From positions 329,833 to 393,832 of the forward strand of contig NMRA01000393.1 of the NCBI GenBank assembly GCA_002633005.1: DNA of 64,000 nucleotides, given 5' to 3'. This document shows positions 39,885 to 53,718 of this stretch, piece by piece (positions within the stretch are counted from its first letter, which is position 1; every line of letters starts with the position of its first letter). The stretch is from Phoronis australis. Its lineage: Eukaryota; Animalia; Phoronida. Below the pieces are notes generated by a model, which did not search any database, was not told where the DNA came from, and saw nothing but the letters and a program-made list of their open reading frames with translations. A program made the translations under genes and the position numbers.

Positions 39885-41540
39885 GTATTCCAGCATGGTG
39901 CTCAGTTTGGTGTGGTTGTTCAATATCAGTTTGTAGTCACCTAGGCTTTCATAGTGTTTCAAGGTAGCATTTGAACTGTAGCTGTCTAGTCACACACCCT
40001 GTAGATGTAGTGATGAGTGTAACATGGCCCCTGCAGTTGGTTCCTGTTATCAGGTGTGGGGTAATTAACACAACATGTTCTTAATGAATGTGCAGAGTTT
40101 ACCCACTCAACTTAGCATGAGTCATTCTTGTTTCTTGACTTGAGCTCTCCTTCATCACCGGTTTGGCTTGTTTGATGATGGTTTCCGTCTGCTTTTTTCA
40201 CACAGATACTTATACATTTCACCTGTGTTTGTATTCATGTAGACCAAGAAGTAACTGTTTGTTCTTGCAAAAAAGATTTTTGGCTAAACTGATAATTACT
40301 GCAGAAACATATCCTTAGGGGTTTTGGAAAATGTATGGTCTCTGATTTACTTCTGAATTTCAAACAGTTGTAGCACTGACGACCACTTAATGTATGAACT
40401 CTTGTTCACTTTGCTTGTTTTGGTAAATATCAGCTCGCATTACCTGATCTTTTTCAGTCTCGTGATTCCACACTTTTATGAATTTGCAATTGAATGTGAA
40501 TGGTGTTTGGAGTAGTTGGGAAAGATTTTGCTACCATTGTTTAGACAACTGATATAAGGATTTTTGTTCATCCTCACTGTGGCTTAGTTGTTATCTGTCA
40601 TGGTGCTATCAGATGTGTGTGTAGTGATGACAGCTTGTGATAACATGACTGCTTATGTGTTTGGCATGCTGTTCCTGCATCGCTATGTGCAACTGAAAAC
40701 TGCAACTTTCTCAAGAACAGTTTTTTTCAGCCAAACTTTAATGCTTTTGTCAAGCAAGTGGTGATGTTTTTGAAATCCATAAGTGTTGACACAATTTAAA
40801 AGTACTTAGCATATAGTAACTGTTTTAGCTGTGATTTTCACATCCACATTACATTTAATCTTTTAGCATCTCAATATTTTTTAAATGTGATGGATGACCT
40901 CTATTGACTGAGAACGATTTTCCACTTTGCTTCAAGATCAAACCCCAATTATCTTGTCGTGTTTCCAACTTATTTCCGGCAGTAAGCCTTGCCATTTCCT
41001 GTTTAGCCTGCTCACTGATGCATTACTCTTTCAGTCAGCTTGGATTCGAAACCACCACGAAAGCCTTCTTCACCACTTTTATGTTGTTTTCGTCCACCAG
41101 GTGTGCTAGTTGTCTTTCTCTCTTTATCCTAGTTTCTTGTTGGTTAATTTTTCACAGTACACTGTACTGTCTTGGTCTCCTAGTGAGTTAAGCTGCTGTT
41201 TTCTTTCCTTTAATCGGTGAAGTAATCTGGAGTGGTCATATTTTTATGGTTGGCTTTGTTTCACCTTTGACCTTACTCGTCCGTGTCTGTACGAAAACTG
41301 GTGTGCTTTGCTTTTGATATTACAATCTGAAAGTTCTTGCTTATAACACTGTACTCAAATGGCGTGTTTATGTTCAACTTGGTGATCATTTGTTCTATAC
41401 TCCCTAAAAATACATATTGTTACCAGATAATTTCAGTGATTTATAGGATTTATTCCAATATCAGTGCGTAATAACAGTTTGCAAATATTTTGCCATCAGT
41501 TTACTCCTTAGTTTATGTTCCAATCTGTTCTCTCTTCCAG

Positions 41541-41837
41541 TTGCCAAGCAAGAAACTGACAAAATGTCTGATGCTAAAGAAGAGGTACAAACCACTGAGC
41601 AGACGCCAGAACAGGCCGAACCTGCTGCCGCAGCAGAAGAGACCGCTCCTGTTGACGCCCCTGTAGCCACGGAGGGAGAAACTCCAGCTGCTGAGCCAGC
41701 AGAGGTTGCTACCGAGTCTGCAGCGGCGGAGCCTGAAGCAGAGGAGCCCAAGGTTGAACCTGAAGAAGAGGTGGAGCCTGAGATTGTGGAGCCTACTGGT
41801 CCGTTGGTGCCAGCTAACGAAGATGGTTCCAAGCCTT
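41541..41837 (+). CDS. Coding exon B (297 nt, phase 1-1): Glu/Ala/Pro-rich acidic linker with its own in-frame ATG at 41564
   Basis: Acceptor ctgttctctcttccag|TT, donor CCTT|gtaagt. Reads (V)AKQETDKMSDAKEEVQ...EDGSKP and joins exon 57082 in frame to give KP-LILVSGASG. Confidence 0.88.
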
Positions 41838-42433
41838 GTAAGTATCCAGTGTATCTGAGAACCATGCTCACAACATAGTAAGATGACTGAGTGACTTAAC
41901 ATTCACTTAACCTCTTTAGAGTGTGCAGAATTGATTATAATCAGAAAGGGACTGGTGCATTCAGGTAAAGAAAAATCTCCACGATACAACAGTACAAGCA
42001 CAGATGAGGTTTTTGCCTCCACACTAGTTTATATTTAAGTGATGAGCAACTGACAGTTTACAAGCTTTGAGTTCAACTTTCACCTCTTCAGAAACTGGTA
42101 GCAAATCGTTCAGATGTATTAATTTTCACTGTGTGCATTCACACTATACTCTATACAGAGCAATTGCTCTGGCTGATTTTGTGCCATTTCAAAGTTGTCT
42201 GATCAGGGCAGGGCACATACTCTAATGGAGTTTGGATGAGGCTGAGAGACAAGGTCACATGACATGCATTTGGGGCGGGGCTATGTAAGCTGTTGTTCAC
42301 TGATAGAGTGCTCATTACGGCGTTTTCCCCAGTTGGTCCCAACTTGTTCGATTCTGTAGCCCAACAACAAGTTGGGAGGGTGACCCCTGTAGCCAGTATC
42401 TTACAAGACTGATTGAACTCCATTCTTGCATTT

Positions 42434-42580
42434 ACACCAGGTGGCATTCACACCAGGTGGCATTCCTATTCTGTGATCACAATTTCACACCATGTTTTCC
42501 TGTTACGGAAGTGTCGGCTAGGTTGACCATGACTGTTGAGTGACCATTACTGTTGAGTGACCATTACTGTTGAGTGACCA
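42434..42580. repeat. Two short tandem repeats: 2 x 16 bp (acaccaggtggcattc) and 3 x 17 bp (tgaccattactgttgag)
   Basis: At 42434-42465 and 42524-42580. Confidence 0.85.
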
Positions 42581-45500
42581 GAGAGAACACCAAATCAATT
42601 GAGCTCATTTCAGAAAAGTTTATTTTTTACAGTTGTTGGCATGATGAAAAATTTGCATTCAACATGGTATAATTTCCTGAGCATGTGTACAAAATTCAAT
42701 GAAGTCATTATGTTTAACGTTATTTGATGTGATTTATCGCTGTGGTAACGTGGGGCTGGGAACAGTCACGAAATAGAAATTATACTTTTAAAAAGTTTAT
42801 TCGAGGTTGCTGCATAAGCCTAAATTTGGTCTTATTTGTTGGATTTCACTAAATGACCAACGAAGTTTTCTTTTTGAATTGTTCATGTTGTTTTCGTTAT
42901 TCAGATAATAGCTTGCATTTTTCACTGCTAAAGCAGACTAAATTGAATATTCAAAACCTTCTTGTCAATCATTCAGTTAACAGTCAATTACTGAAAGGGA
43001 ACTCTTGTTCTATATGTACTTTCTATGACAGATTGCTTGTTTCTATAGCAGCGTATTTTTATGAAAAATAAATACTGAAGACTGAAAAGCTTCTCACTTG
43101 AATACAATATCAGAATGTTGTTCCATGGTGTTCCAATTTCCCAGGGACCTTGTTAGGTCATTTCTGGGTCAGTTACTTCATTGAAAATGAGGTCTGGGTT
43201 GTTCAACTTGTTTGTCCTCATTTGACTTGGCCCAACACTGCAGAATTATTTGACAGGGAGGATGTTACTTCTCTACCAAAGTACATTTAGATGAATAAAG
43301 CATGAACGCATGCATCTGCACATTTCTAGTTTTGAGAAAGATGAAGTTAGGTTGTACAGCAATTTAAAGTGATGCTTTAATTAAAAATAAGCAAAACTAT
43401 ATTGAGGTAAAGGGCAGTCTCTTCAGTAAGAAGCAATCTTTGTTTGGGTAGTATACATGGTTTGGGTAGTATAGATGGTTTCTGTTGTTCTACCAACTAT
43501 ATACAATTACAAATAGTATCAATGCTAGGCCAGATTTGTCATGAAAACCAACCTGTAGTGACTTCAATTGGACATTGTCCAATTATTAAACATAGGTACT
43601 GTCTTCAGAGCATAAAAATTGTGAACTCCTTGGATTGTCCCGACTCTTATATGTTGGAATGAAATTGCTTTTTTGAGACCCACAACAGATGCGACTGACT
43701 GGTTGACATTGTGAACACCTCAGAAACGAACTGGATATCTGAAAATTGTAATTTTTATGAGAAAACATTTTAATCTTGTTTCGTTAGGGAATGATAAATT
43801 GAGATCAAGCACGGATCCCATAAACGCTATCCCTCCCTCCCCCCGCCCCGTAGACATCAGTCTTGCACAAATGCCAGATCAGTTACTGTAAACTCTGAAC
43901 ATGTATTGGAATTGCTCCATACTCTGTGACCAAACTCTGGTCTTTACCAGATGCCATGACCACACCTCTGAATTTCACCTGTCTACTAAAGGTGCTGCCA
44001 TGGAATCTGTTCCCTTGTGTATGGAGCATTGAATTTCTGGATTTCAACGTAGACAAAAATATATGCCCTCACTTATTGTTGTGACGTATGGCTTACAAAA
44101 CCTCTACATCAAACTAGCAACAAACTGACATATACACCTTGTTAATCTGACAAATTCTTCTTCACTGTTTTACAAAGCACTTGTACTTCATGCTGTTCCT
44201 TTAAACTTTGCTGTAGGATTCCAAATAGTCGTAGAAACCACCTTTTGTTTCAACCAATGTACTAAGTCAATTGAAAGATATAATGCTGAATAGCCAACAA
44301 TCATATGAAGGGGTTGACTTGAACTAACTGTTCTTCTCAAGTCCATGGGCACTCCTGGGGCGAAAATAAAAATGGTCGAGAAGTGAGAAATTGCTGAAAA
44401 AACTGATAATATAAAATCAACGAGCATTTGTATTTTTCTCGTTAATTTCTTATTTCTTGATACACTCAGACAAGTAAACATCTTTAGAATGTTGATTTAA
44501 AATTTTTCCTTATAGGATATATGGCTTATCCTGTCTGAGCCATTCTAAGTGTGGCTAAGTAAACTTTAGGAGTTCGTTGCTCAGGTATTTTTATATGTCA
44601 GTGGTCCAGGACTAGAATCGTACAGGGTGCGCGTTCATGGAATTGTTTGCACCAGTTGAACCAAGTGCAAGTGTCTTTGTGCTTTGTATTCACAATTTAT
44701 ATCTTTCCTGATTTGCGTCACATGCTCTGAGCTTGATATTATTTTGTCTGACAGTGAAATTTGAGGAATTCTTGATCAGTTGTGGTCAATAGGAGCAGTT
44801 CTTTCCACAAAGCTTGCCTCAGGGTGAACTTGATTATGCCCAACCTAGTTTAACCATGTCAACTGTCTTCTTTTTTCACAGTTGTTTTTGTCATGTGGCC
44901 TCAGCCATGAAAGTGACTTAATAAAGTGACTTAATAATTAAGATTGAAATTCGGTCTTGTGATCCTACTTCCCATTGTTGACAAAAGGTTTAGTCAAGTG
45001 AGTTATGAGAGCATCAAAGAAAGAAATTGTCTCAGGAATTATGTGTGTAGTCTCAGACTTTGGGCTTTTGCACAAATTAGATTTAATTATTTTTTAGAAA
45101 TAGTTTTGTGGAGGGTTAGACCAAATTTCTGGCTTAAGTTTTAATTCGCTTTTCAGGAAACTTAAACTCATGGACTGCTTGCATGGTTTGCAGGGTCTTG
45201 TGAGGTTGAGTTTGTCCCATGACTTCTTCATAGCTCTTCAGGCATATATGGACATGAAGTTTGAACTTTGAACTGTGAAGGCTTTCATCAGCAAGTACAG
45301 TTGCAATTGCTTGATATCGCATATGTTTTCTTGAGAAATATTACAAAACAAAATTTCAACTTTTCTCCCTTATTCTCTGGTATGCTGTATACACTTCTTA
45401 AGCCAGAGTAAATAACCTTTGACATATGGCATGTGCTGTCTACATTGGCCTAATAAACAAAGCTTTGTGTAAATTAGGGTGCTAGAAGTCTGCTAGAATT

Positions 45501-47820
45501 TATTTGTTACATCTGTAGCTGAAGTGAGTACATGAAATGATGAAACACAAGGGCACAAAATATTGTTCAGAGCCTTTGTTGACTGAAGTTCGCACTCCTG
45601 TTTGGCGCACTCGCTGTCTTCCAAAAATATCCACAATTTTGTCAAGGCTTATCTGCTAGGGTATAGTAACTCGCTGAAACTATTGCACTCTAACTCCATT
45701 GTTTATAGGCTTTAATGTATTATAGAGCAATTCTGTTCTGCGTAGTAAAATGTTTTAATTCATTTTTCAAAAAGGGACACTAGTAAACTGCAAATAATTT
45801 TTGTATTCTGGCTTTCAGCGTTTATATCAATTTTCTGGCAGTAACTTTAGGACAATTCGTACTCTTTCATTTTCCTGGTGGTAATTCAGAATACGTGTTT
45901 GAACTTCAATGGAATCTTGCCCTAAGCACTGCTCTCGTGTTCAGTCTGCCGGTTTCCATCCTGACAATCCTCAAAATACACTAAATCTGACACAAGTTTG
46001 TGGTTGGATTAGTTTTGCTATGTGTGGTTAATGCCATCTGCATCTTACTCATGCTGGTGGAATTCTAGACTATTGCAAAGAACTGCATAACATGTTTGTC
46101 AGTGGTAGGGTCTGATGTTGCTGAGGTTGTGATAGGGTCTGATGGTGCTGAGGCTGTGGTAGCATATCCTACAACATTTACTTGTGTTGTATTGTTGGTC
46201 TTGTTGGATCTTTACAGATGACAATAGTATTAGTTGTCTTACCACAATTTTGATTAGTCATTAAAATATGTAAAAATGATTAAAGTGTAAAAAACAGTGT
46301 GGTCCCATAACAGTCACCTTATCATTATTGAAAAGTCAAGTTAACCATAGATAACAAACACTTTTTCATTAAACAATTAGTGAAATGACCAAGTTAGCTG
46401 TTAATGATAACTTTCATCTTGCCGTTATTAAGTATTAAAATAATGAACTAATATATAATACTTTGCCTAATACAAGCAGCCATTGGGATAAATGCCATGA
46501 GTGTTGCCTAATGTCAAGGTCATCTCCTCACAACTCAACCCTTAAACAATGTTAATCGTGTGACAAGTCACATGGAAAAACTTTTGCACCTAAAATTTGT
46601 TTTTTGTTATATTGTTGTCCATTTTCTGTAAGTCTTTTGTACTTCCTTCTTACACTTTATTCTTAAACAGTATGAACGAGAGAGAAAGTTTGTTACTTAG
46701 TCAGTACAAGGTCAGTTTGTTCTTGTTTTGTGGCCTCTGTAGGAATTTCAAGAATGTTTGTATTGTGGAATGAAATTAACTTTTGACCCCTGGCAAACTG
46801 AGTTAAGGCACAGTAGTTTTTTGTGTTTTTGCAATGCTTACGTGTTAAATGTTAAAGTTTGTTTGAATACACTTGAAGTAAATTTTATCCAAACAATTGT
46901 CACACATCTGTCTGGCAAAATCTCGTCAATTTAGGATGGTTGACATTTTATTTCCTCATCTCATAAATGATATACATCACCAGAGTCGTGCTTTGCCATA
47001 TCTGTATTTTAGCTACCAACAGAAAATACTTTGAACATTTGTGGGCATTCACAGCAATGTTAGAAGCACTTGGAAAATGAAAAAAATTCAATTTTGGAGA
47101 ATATTTTGTCCGAAAATGATAATGTTTTATCGTCTTTGCATACTAACTTTTCATTGGCCAAGTATTATTAATAAATCTATGAGTCTGTCAAGATCTCACA
47201 TGATGCGAAGTAAAATAATCTAACACCCTCGTTGTGCATATATGATTTTTTCTTTTGTGTATGCAGTAACATATAATTGCCCCAAAATGGCGGTTGCTCT
47301 GAAATCACTCCTTTACGCAGTCTGTCCAAGAACATAGTTAGCAGAGCATTTGTTTTGCCCATGGCAAGAAGGCTAATCTTTACATAGCTGGTGTATTTTT
47401 AACTGGCCTTGATAAGCACCTAATTGGTGAAACAATAGAGAAGTACTTCAGTTTCTCACAGTTGGGGGATATTTGTAGAAGTAGGAGCATGGTAATCTAT
47501 GGTCTTGGTGTGTTAATTGGCAGCACTTGACCACGGCCACCAAGGGCAGAAAGTGAAGAGATCATGATGTTTGGTTCCAGACCAGACTGCTAGACCCTTG
47601 AGTAAGATTTGTTCCAGGGCTCACTTAGTGTGCAATATGTATTGCTATGTTGTAACTTATTGGAAGACATTGTGGTGAATGGCCAAGGTTCATGTAACAT
47701 ATGATGGTGATCATCATCATTATTATTATTATCATTGCTTTTATTATTATATTAAGTGTTTAGATGGTGAATGCTAATGGTGATGTTGGACAAATTCCAA
47801 ACTTGGTCAACTTCTTAACT

Positions 47821-48319
47821 TAGTATGTAGGACCATATAAAATGGTCTAATTTGGCAGACTTCATAAGATTGTATCTCAGAAATGTCCGATTGGATTCAT
47901 ATATGAAACTTTCAGATACTATGCTTTATGGACTTTCTCAAAAAGTTGTTGAGAATTGTTTTTTAAAATGGTCCTCTTTTGTATAAGGGGCAATCAAGAA
48001 ATAGGACTTTCATGATTTTCGTGAAAAGTTCAGCTGTATAACACAAAATGACTACAGCTTTTTTGAGATTTCATCTAGAATCAGTGACATAAAATTTGCT
48101 TATTGATGCCGTTGTGTTGCTATCATTTTTCTAACTTACTGAAGAGATATGTTCACGTGACAAAATTGATGGCAGACTGGAGGAATAAAGCCAAACATCG
48201 AAGTCTACAGGTTTCTAATTTTCAAAAGTATATACTTTTACTAAGTTAAAATTTAAAGTTTTGAAGATACTTAGCTGATTATACAGACTTGACAGTTGTC
48301 AGTTAGGTCTTACATAACC
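47821..48319. mobile_element. Kolobok-like non-autonomous element, copy 2
   Basis: Ends in tacataacc|ttaa, the exact reverse complement of ttaa|ggttatgta at 61040. Internal similarity to 18050-18360 and 50770-50985. Confidence 0.68.
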
Positions 48320-48929
48320 TTAATTGTGCAGTGCGATGTTGATTTTTATACTTAAAAAGTGATAGATTACATGGTGAGGCTGTTATTTCTGGTATGTAGA
48401 AGCCTTCTGAGGTTTGGAGGAATTCTCACTGTCGGGGGGGGGGGGGGGGGGGGCTNCATGTTGAGTGATAATTTCTCCAAATCCTATGAGGGGTCTAGAT
48501 ATAGAATATGGCTGTAGAGTACATGTAATAATCTATTTATTCCCCACTCTAGGAAGCACAGAAATGGAAATTGGATCGCCATTTCTTTTTTGTCTGCTTT
48601 TTGTCTGCGTGAACTACTTTCTGTGATGTCATGACCTGCATTTAGTAGAGATCGTGACCTTTCATTAAACCCAATGAAGTTACATGTTTAGAACTTGCTG
48701 GACTTTTTAAATGTTATGACATTTATCTCCTTTTTTGTATGTAAATGTTATTGTGTAATGTATTGCATTATTTTATATCTGTTGAAAACATTGTGTTATG
48801 GCAAACAGATTTGGACTGTTCATAGTGCACTGGTCATTAATGAGACAACTCCTACAATAGCATTTGGGATTTTGTTATCCCCAACATTTAAGCCAGACTT
48901 AGACTAACCTGTCAGTCAAGTGACACATC

Positions 48930-49083
48930 TGTTCACACCAAGGGGTTATAACTTTTAAAACTTATTTTAAGATATAACTCTCATCTGAACACTTTAAAAC
49001 CGGTTTTGAAAGCGCAATATTATAACCCTCTACAAGTACGGTTCAGCGAGAGGCTATTATAAAACTGTTAATTCTGTGAACAC
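48930..49083. mobile_element. Small MITE-like element related to 30877-30978
   Basis: gttcaca...ggttataacttttaaaac...agcgca..tataaccct...ctgtgaac; similar internal sequence at 30877. Confidence 0.5.
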
Positions 49084-49966
49084 AACTGTAGGTGGTGCTG
49101 CTGTCACATATCACTGGAAATAATGCACCAGCCGCTAACTGAGGTGACTTGGCTAAAACAAAGGTGGACCAGGATGACAACAGTTTTAACTGTCTGTGTG
49201 AAGGGTGAGGGTTATATAACAGTAACTATAGTCCCGTTTAGACGTCAACTTTTGGCCCGTTTAGACATCAACTTTTGGCCTGCCACAACTGACAGGGAGC
49301 AAATTGACCCGTGTCAAGCGGCCGTTTACACACACAACTCACTAACCGTGGCAAGAGGGAAATTAAAGGCTGGAGAGACTGTATCGCTCATGCTCAGGTT
49401 TACAAACGACGACAGTTACAGAGACAAAGAACTCATACGTAGGTCATTGCACAAGCGCAGTAGAGATTATCCTTTCCGCCTTACTCCAGTTTCGCGTTTA
49501 GACTTATAATTGACACGGTGCAAGATGTTCGGGCGCAAATTACTCTACCTCACAAATGGGTGGCAAAAAATTTGCCACATCGGTGTCAATTTGCGCCGTG
49601 TCAGTCCGTTTACCCATTGGAACAACTTGTTTCGTGTCAGCTGATCGGTTAGGTTTCAACTCAAATCTCAGTCAGTGTCGGGATAGGCCATTTCCTCATT
49701 GACAAATTCTAGGAAATTCAGCCCACTGATGTGGAAATATGTTATGGACATTTGGTGCTGCAAGTGTACAAATGCCAAACCACAGCATGCTGTTTGCTCC
49801 ATGGCATTTTCTGCCCATCACACATAAACAGGAGAGCATTGTGGTTTTCCCCAATTAACTGAAGTAGGTGAATAAGTCAGCATCTGTGATATGGAATGCT
49901 TCTGCTAAGGCTTGTTCCAACTTGCCAGTTAAGGAACAATAGGGCAGATCAATGAAATTTACTTTT

Positions 49967-50086
49967 TCATTTAATAAAGCAAGCAGCATCAAATCAATGC
50001 TTTGTCATTTAATAAAGCAAGCAGCATCAAATCAATGCTTTGTCATTTAATAAAGCAAGCAGCATCAAATCAATGCTTTGTCATTT
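49967..50086. repeat. Perfect tandem repeat, 3 x 38 bp
   Basis: tcatttaataaagcaagcagcatcaaatcaatgctttg at 49967, 50005 and 50043. Confidence 0.95.
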
Positions 50087-50524
50087 TATGCGCCCCTGAC
50101 GAGTCCTTCCCATTTTATACACTCCTGACAAGTCCTTCCCATTTTCGAACAGGTTCGCACCCCTAGTGGTTATTTTTAAAGCTAACAAACAACTGTGGGA
50201 ACATACCGTTTTTCTTGCATTTGTGGGTGCATTTCAATGCCTTGCTTGCTCTTTTTAAGCCCTATATCATAGCAACTACAGGAAGAGCTTTTGAAAAACA
50301 AAAAGAGATCTACTTCGGCAATTATTAAGGTATCCAAAATGATGGATATGTTTGTGTAGGCCATGACTAGAACCTCGTGAATTGTTACCAACATGTCTGT
50401 GATGGTGTACATGCTCTTTCAATGCTTTTGTTTGCCACTTGTCCTGTAATATCATATACACTACTTATCTTGGGTATATCAACTTATGGAGGGATTTGCT
50501 TAAAGGTGAACTGCCTCTGATTAA

Positions 50525-50996
50525 GGTTATGACTTACCTTACCATGCATGTTTTTAGCCAAACCATTGATTTAATTTTGTAAAAAGGTTGTAGAAGTTGG
50601 TTTGATACTTTTACCAATCTGCCATTTACTGGGTCATATGATCATGACAAATGATCATGTCACATGATCTTGTATGTTTGAGTAAAATGTAGCTGTTGAG
50701 AAAGGTGCATTGATAGTAAAATGACATAACCAAGTTTTATTTGATATAAATGTTTAACATAAAAATTCAAAAATGCTGTAAGTTTTCTAAGTTCTTTTCA
50801 TGAAACCGTTTGATTTTTATCTAGAGAATCATAAAAATCCTATTTTTGAAGCCCCAACAGCGTTTTAGAGAACAATGCATAAAACATAACATAGTACCTG
50901 AAAATTTCATATGAATCGAATGATAACTTTTCTGAGATATGATGTTTCAAAGTTAGCCGATTTTAAACACTTTTCTAGGGTCCTTTAAATGTAACG
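50525..50996. mobile_element. Kolobok-like non-autonomous element, copy 3, inverted relative to copy 2
   Basis: ttaa|ggttatga ... atgtaacg|ttaa; shares tgaaaatttcatatgaatc...ctgagatatgatgttt with the other copies. Confidence 0.62.
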
Positions 50997-51757
50997 TTAA
51001 ATTCATTGCAACTTTGAATTGTTAGTACCTTTCATAGACCATGATGACCAATAACTTGGTGGAAATGTTCCTAGTTAAGGTCAAACTTTTAGAACATGAT
51101 GGCCCTTATTTGCCATGACAACCCCTGAACTGACCACCCAGCATGGTGCTTGGGGCTAACTCAAAGTGGCCTGTAACTTCCAGAAGTCTTTAATTTACTG
51201 CAAATAATGATAAATCTTGTGTAAATTTTTGCTCAAGATGGAGTGCACAGAGCTTGTGATTTTCATTACGAACAGTTTGTGTTTTTAGTTAATGTGTTTT
51301 GATTTCTAATTTGCTACCACTCATTTGATGTGGTGTACATGCAGAACTGCAGCAAAACACTTCACACGGGATTCTGTAAACCTTAACATGTGTGATACTT
51401 ATGTCTTAAAGCCCAGGTTTATGAATATCATAATGCTGTTTTATCGTGATAGAAATGGTAGCGAAGGTGATTATTCTCATTTTTCACTCTTTTGAAGACC
51501 TAGAAGGTCTAAGCCTCTCAAATTGATGAAAAGTCTTGTCTAGTTTGTATGGTTGTGTTCTGCTACATGTTACCATAGGACAACTTGCAAGTTGCTCCCG
51601 TTCAATCGAGCGTCAACGCTACACACCCTACACCATGCCATGAATATGGCGCAAAAATTAGTAGACGCCCCTTTGTGCGTAACTGAACAAGTGTGTATCT
51701 GGTATTTACTTCGGCCCTGCTAACGGGTTTGCGTCCATACTGCAGCTTGCGCTGGTG

Positions 51758-51903
51758 CAAGTTACCTTAGAACAAGTCACCCTGCCTCGATAACGGGATA
51801 AGTTGTGACGTGTGTTACGTTGTCCAGTGCAAGTAGCGTCAGCACTATTGTTAAATGCAGAAACTAAACTCATTCCAGGAGTAACTTGTGCTAAGGTAAC
51901 TTG
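51758..51903. mobile_element. Inverted-repeat (MITE-like) element; related fragment near 61880-61915
   Basis: caagttaccttagaacaagtcaccctg / caggagtaacttgtgctaaggtaacttg arms of about 27 bp in a CpG-rich setting. Confidence 0.6.
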
Positions 51904-53551
51904 TATGTAATGAAAATGGCACTTAAGTTCCCGAAATCTCTAAGACTGCACCACCCTCATTTTGTGTCATGCCCTTATTAGGTCATGCCAAAGTCATTAA
52001 CGTCCAACTTACAGTGTCAATGGTGTCATTGTAATTAGAAATGTTAACTTTCTGCATTAAAAACACACTGAAGCAGCACATGATTGTTAAATGACACTGC
52101 GTGGGGCGTGGGGCGTAGTATCTGTTTTAGCAATGACATAGTTCTGTATGCTCAGTTGTCCAAATTCACATTTATCAGCAGCACTGAGCTTCATTAACTT
52201 AAGAATGTTGATAGTTTCTGCAGCTACTGACTAAAGTTAGTTAACGTTCTTCCTCTTTGTTGAGTGCTGGTTAAACCAACTATGCCTTGATTTTTTGAGT
52301 CCTGGGATATTTTAAAATAGACCAACACTACTCACTGCATACCAACGCAACCATTATTTACAAAACCACACTGTGTTGTTGTGATTATTTCAATACACAT
52401 TACACATACTTTCATCCTGTTTCCAGACTGAAAATTGAAGTAGGAAAATGGCTCAATGCCATAACGTGACACACCTCAGTAGCTCAGCATATTACTCACA
52501 CTACCAAGTGAATTAAGTCTGCATGTCTAATGTGCCAGACTGATGGATCAATCATGGTGCACTCTTTTACTTACCTGGACTAATTAATATCAGTTGACTC
52601 ATCCCAGTAGTTACATTATGGTTGAAGTCAATTGAGCAACTGCTGTGACTCAACCCAGCCTTGTTTGTTGTTACTAATGGTTAAACGGTTGTAGTGAGAT
52701 GATGAAAGGAATGAGGAGTCTTATTGCTTTTGATGTTGGAAGCAGGGTCCACTTTACTATATTTTGACACTTTATTGGTGTATTCATTTTAAAATATGAT
52801 CACCAGGTTTTTGGTTACTTAATTTGACTTCTCATGTTCTCATATTTGAATTTTAACTGGGTATAGAGAATTCGACCCAAACAATACATGAGCTGGGTAG
52901 GTAAAGCTGCACTTTTGCTCCTTAGCCCATTGAGGACATGTCATAAAACACCTGAAGTTTGCTGATGTCAGACGGTCCACTACCCTCCACTGAGTTCATT
53001 TTCTTTCTTCCCAAATTTTTAATGCATTTGTTCTGTGGGCAATAGTCGTTTTCATGAAGGTGTGCTGCATTTTGAGAGCCAATTTTTGCCACTGAAAAAC
53101 AGCCATCACACTGGTTCTCAAAATCCATTACGCCTGTAATTGACTAATGCCACTCTGTGTTTTATATGTTTGTTTGAAATTGCTGACATAAGCAATTTAG
53201 AACCTTCTTGTCAAGCGGCCAATAGACCTTGTAATACAGGCTTTGATTGGTCACATCCTTGACTAGTTGGCTTGTTGCCAGGCATTCTCTTTCAGTCTAA
53301 GATGCTGATTGTCTTCTTTAGCCTCAGGCTTGAAATAGGAGCTCTTAACACCATGAGAATGGTCCTTAGACCCACAATTGTTTGCAACTGGCTGATTGCC
53401 AGCTCTTTGTGAAAGATGTTCACCTCTTGGTTTTGTGTGTCAGATGGATTGTGTGTTATCTAGATGCATTAGCAGCTGTTGGATGGACACCAAGGCTTTG
53501 CTGTGTAATGCCAGCAGTCATAATATAGACAGATGTTGCATCAGCTGTATG

Positions 53552-53718
53552 CCACTAATGGGTGTAGGGGTACTGAATGTAGGGATGTGTCTGATGGCTT
53601 TTTGGGCATCTGGTTACATGTCTCACCAGAGACTGCTTACCACTAATGGGTGTGGGGGGACTGATTGTAGGGATGTGCCTGATGGCTCTTGGGCATCTGG
53701 TTACTTGCCTCACTGCTT
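53552..53718. repeat. Diverged tandem duplication, ~2 x 88 bp
   Basis: ccactaatgggtgt...gtagggatgtg.ctgatggct..tgggcatctggttac at 53552 and 53640. Confidence 0.85.

Noticed and set aside
39885-39967. Cys/Trp-rich tail of the 715-aa ORF (GIPAWCSVWCGC...)
   Set aside because: Composition changes abruptly at the gtattc donor, so this is most likely intron read-through. The later AAG|gtagc donor is phase 2 and out of frame with exon B.
47490-47755. Possible tRNA-derived SINE remnant with an (ATT)n tail
   Set aside because: A and B boxes are not recognisable; too decayed to support a call.
11046-48456. Single n bases beside C/G runs (11046, 16885, 31251, 48456) and the long G run at ~48434-48453
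   Set aside because: Assembly joins or homopolymer artefacts; run lengths are unreliable, so no G-quadruplex claim is made.
49123-49509. 128-aa ORF in the B-C intron
   Set aside because: Overlaps CpG-rich MITE-like sequence with repeated ggcccgtttagac motifs; no protein-like features.
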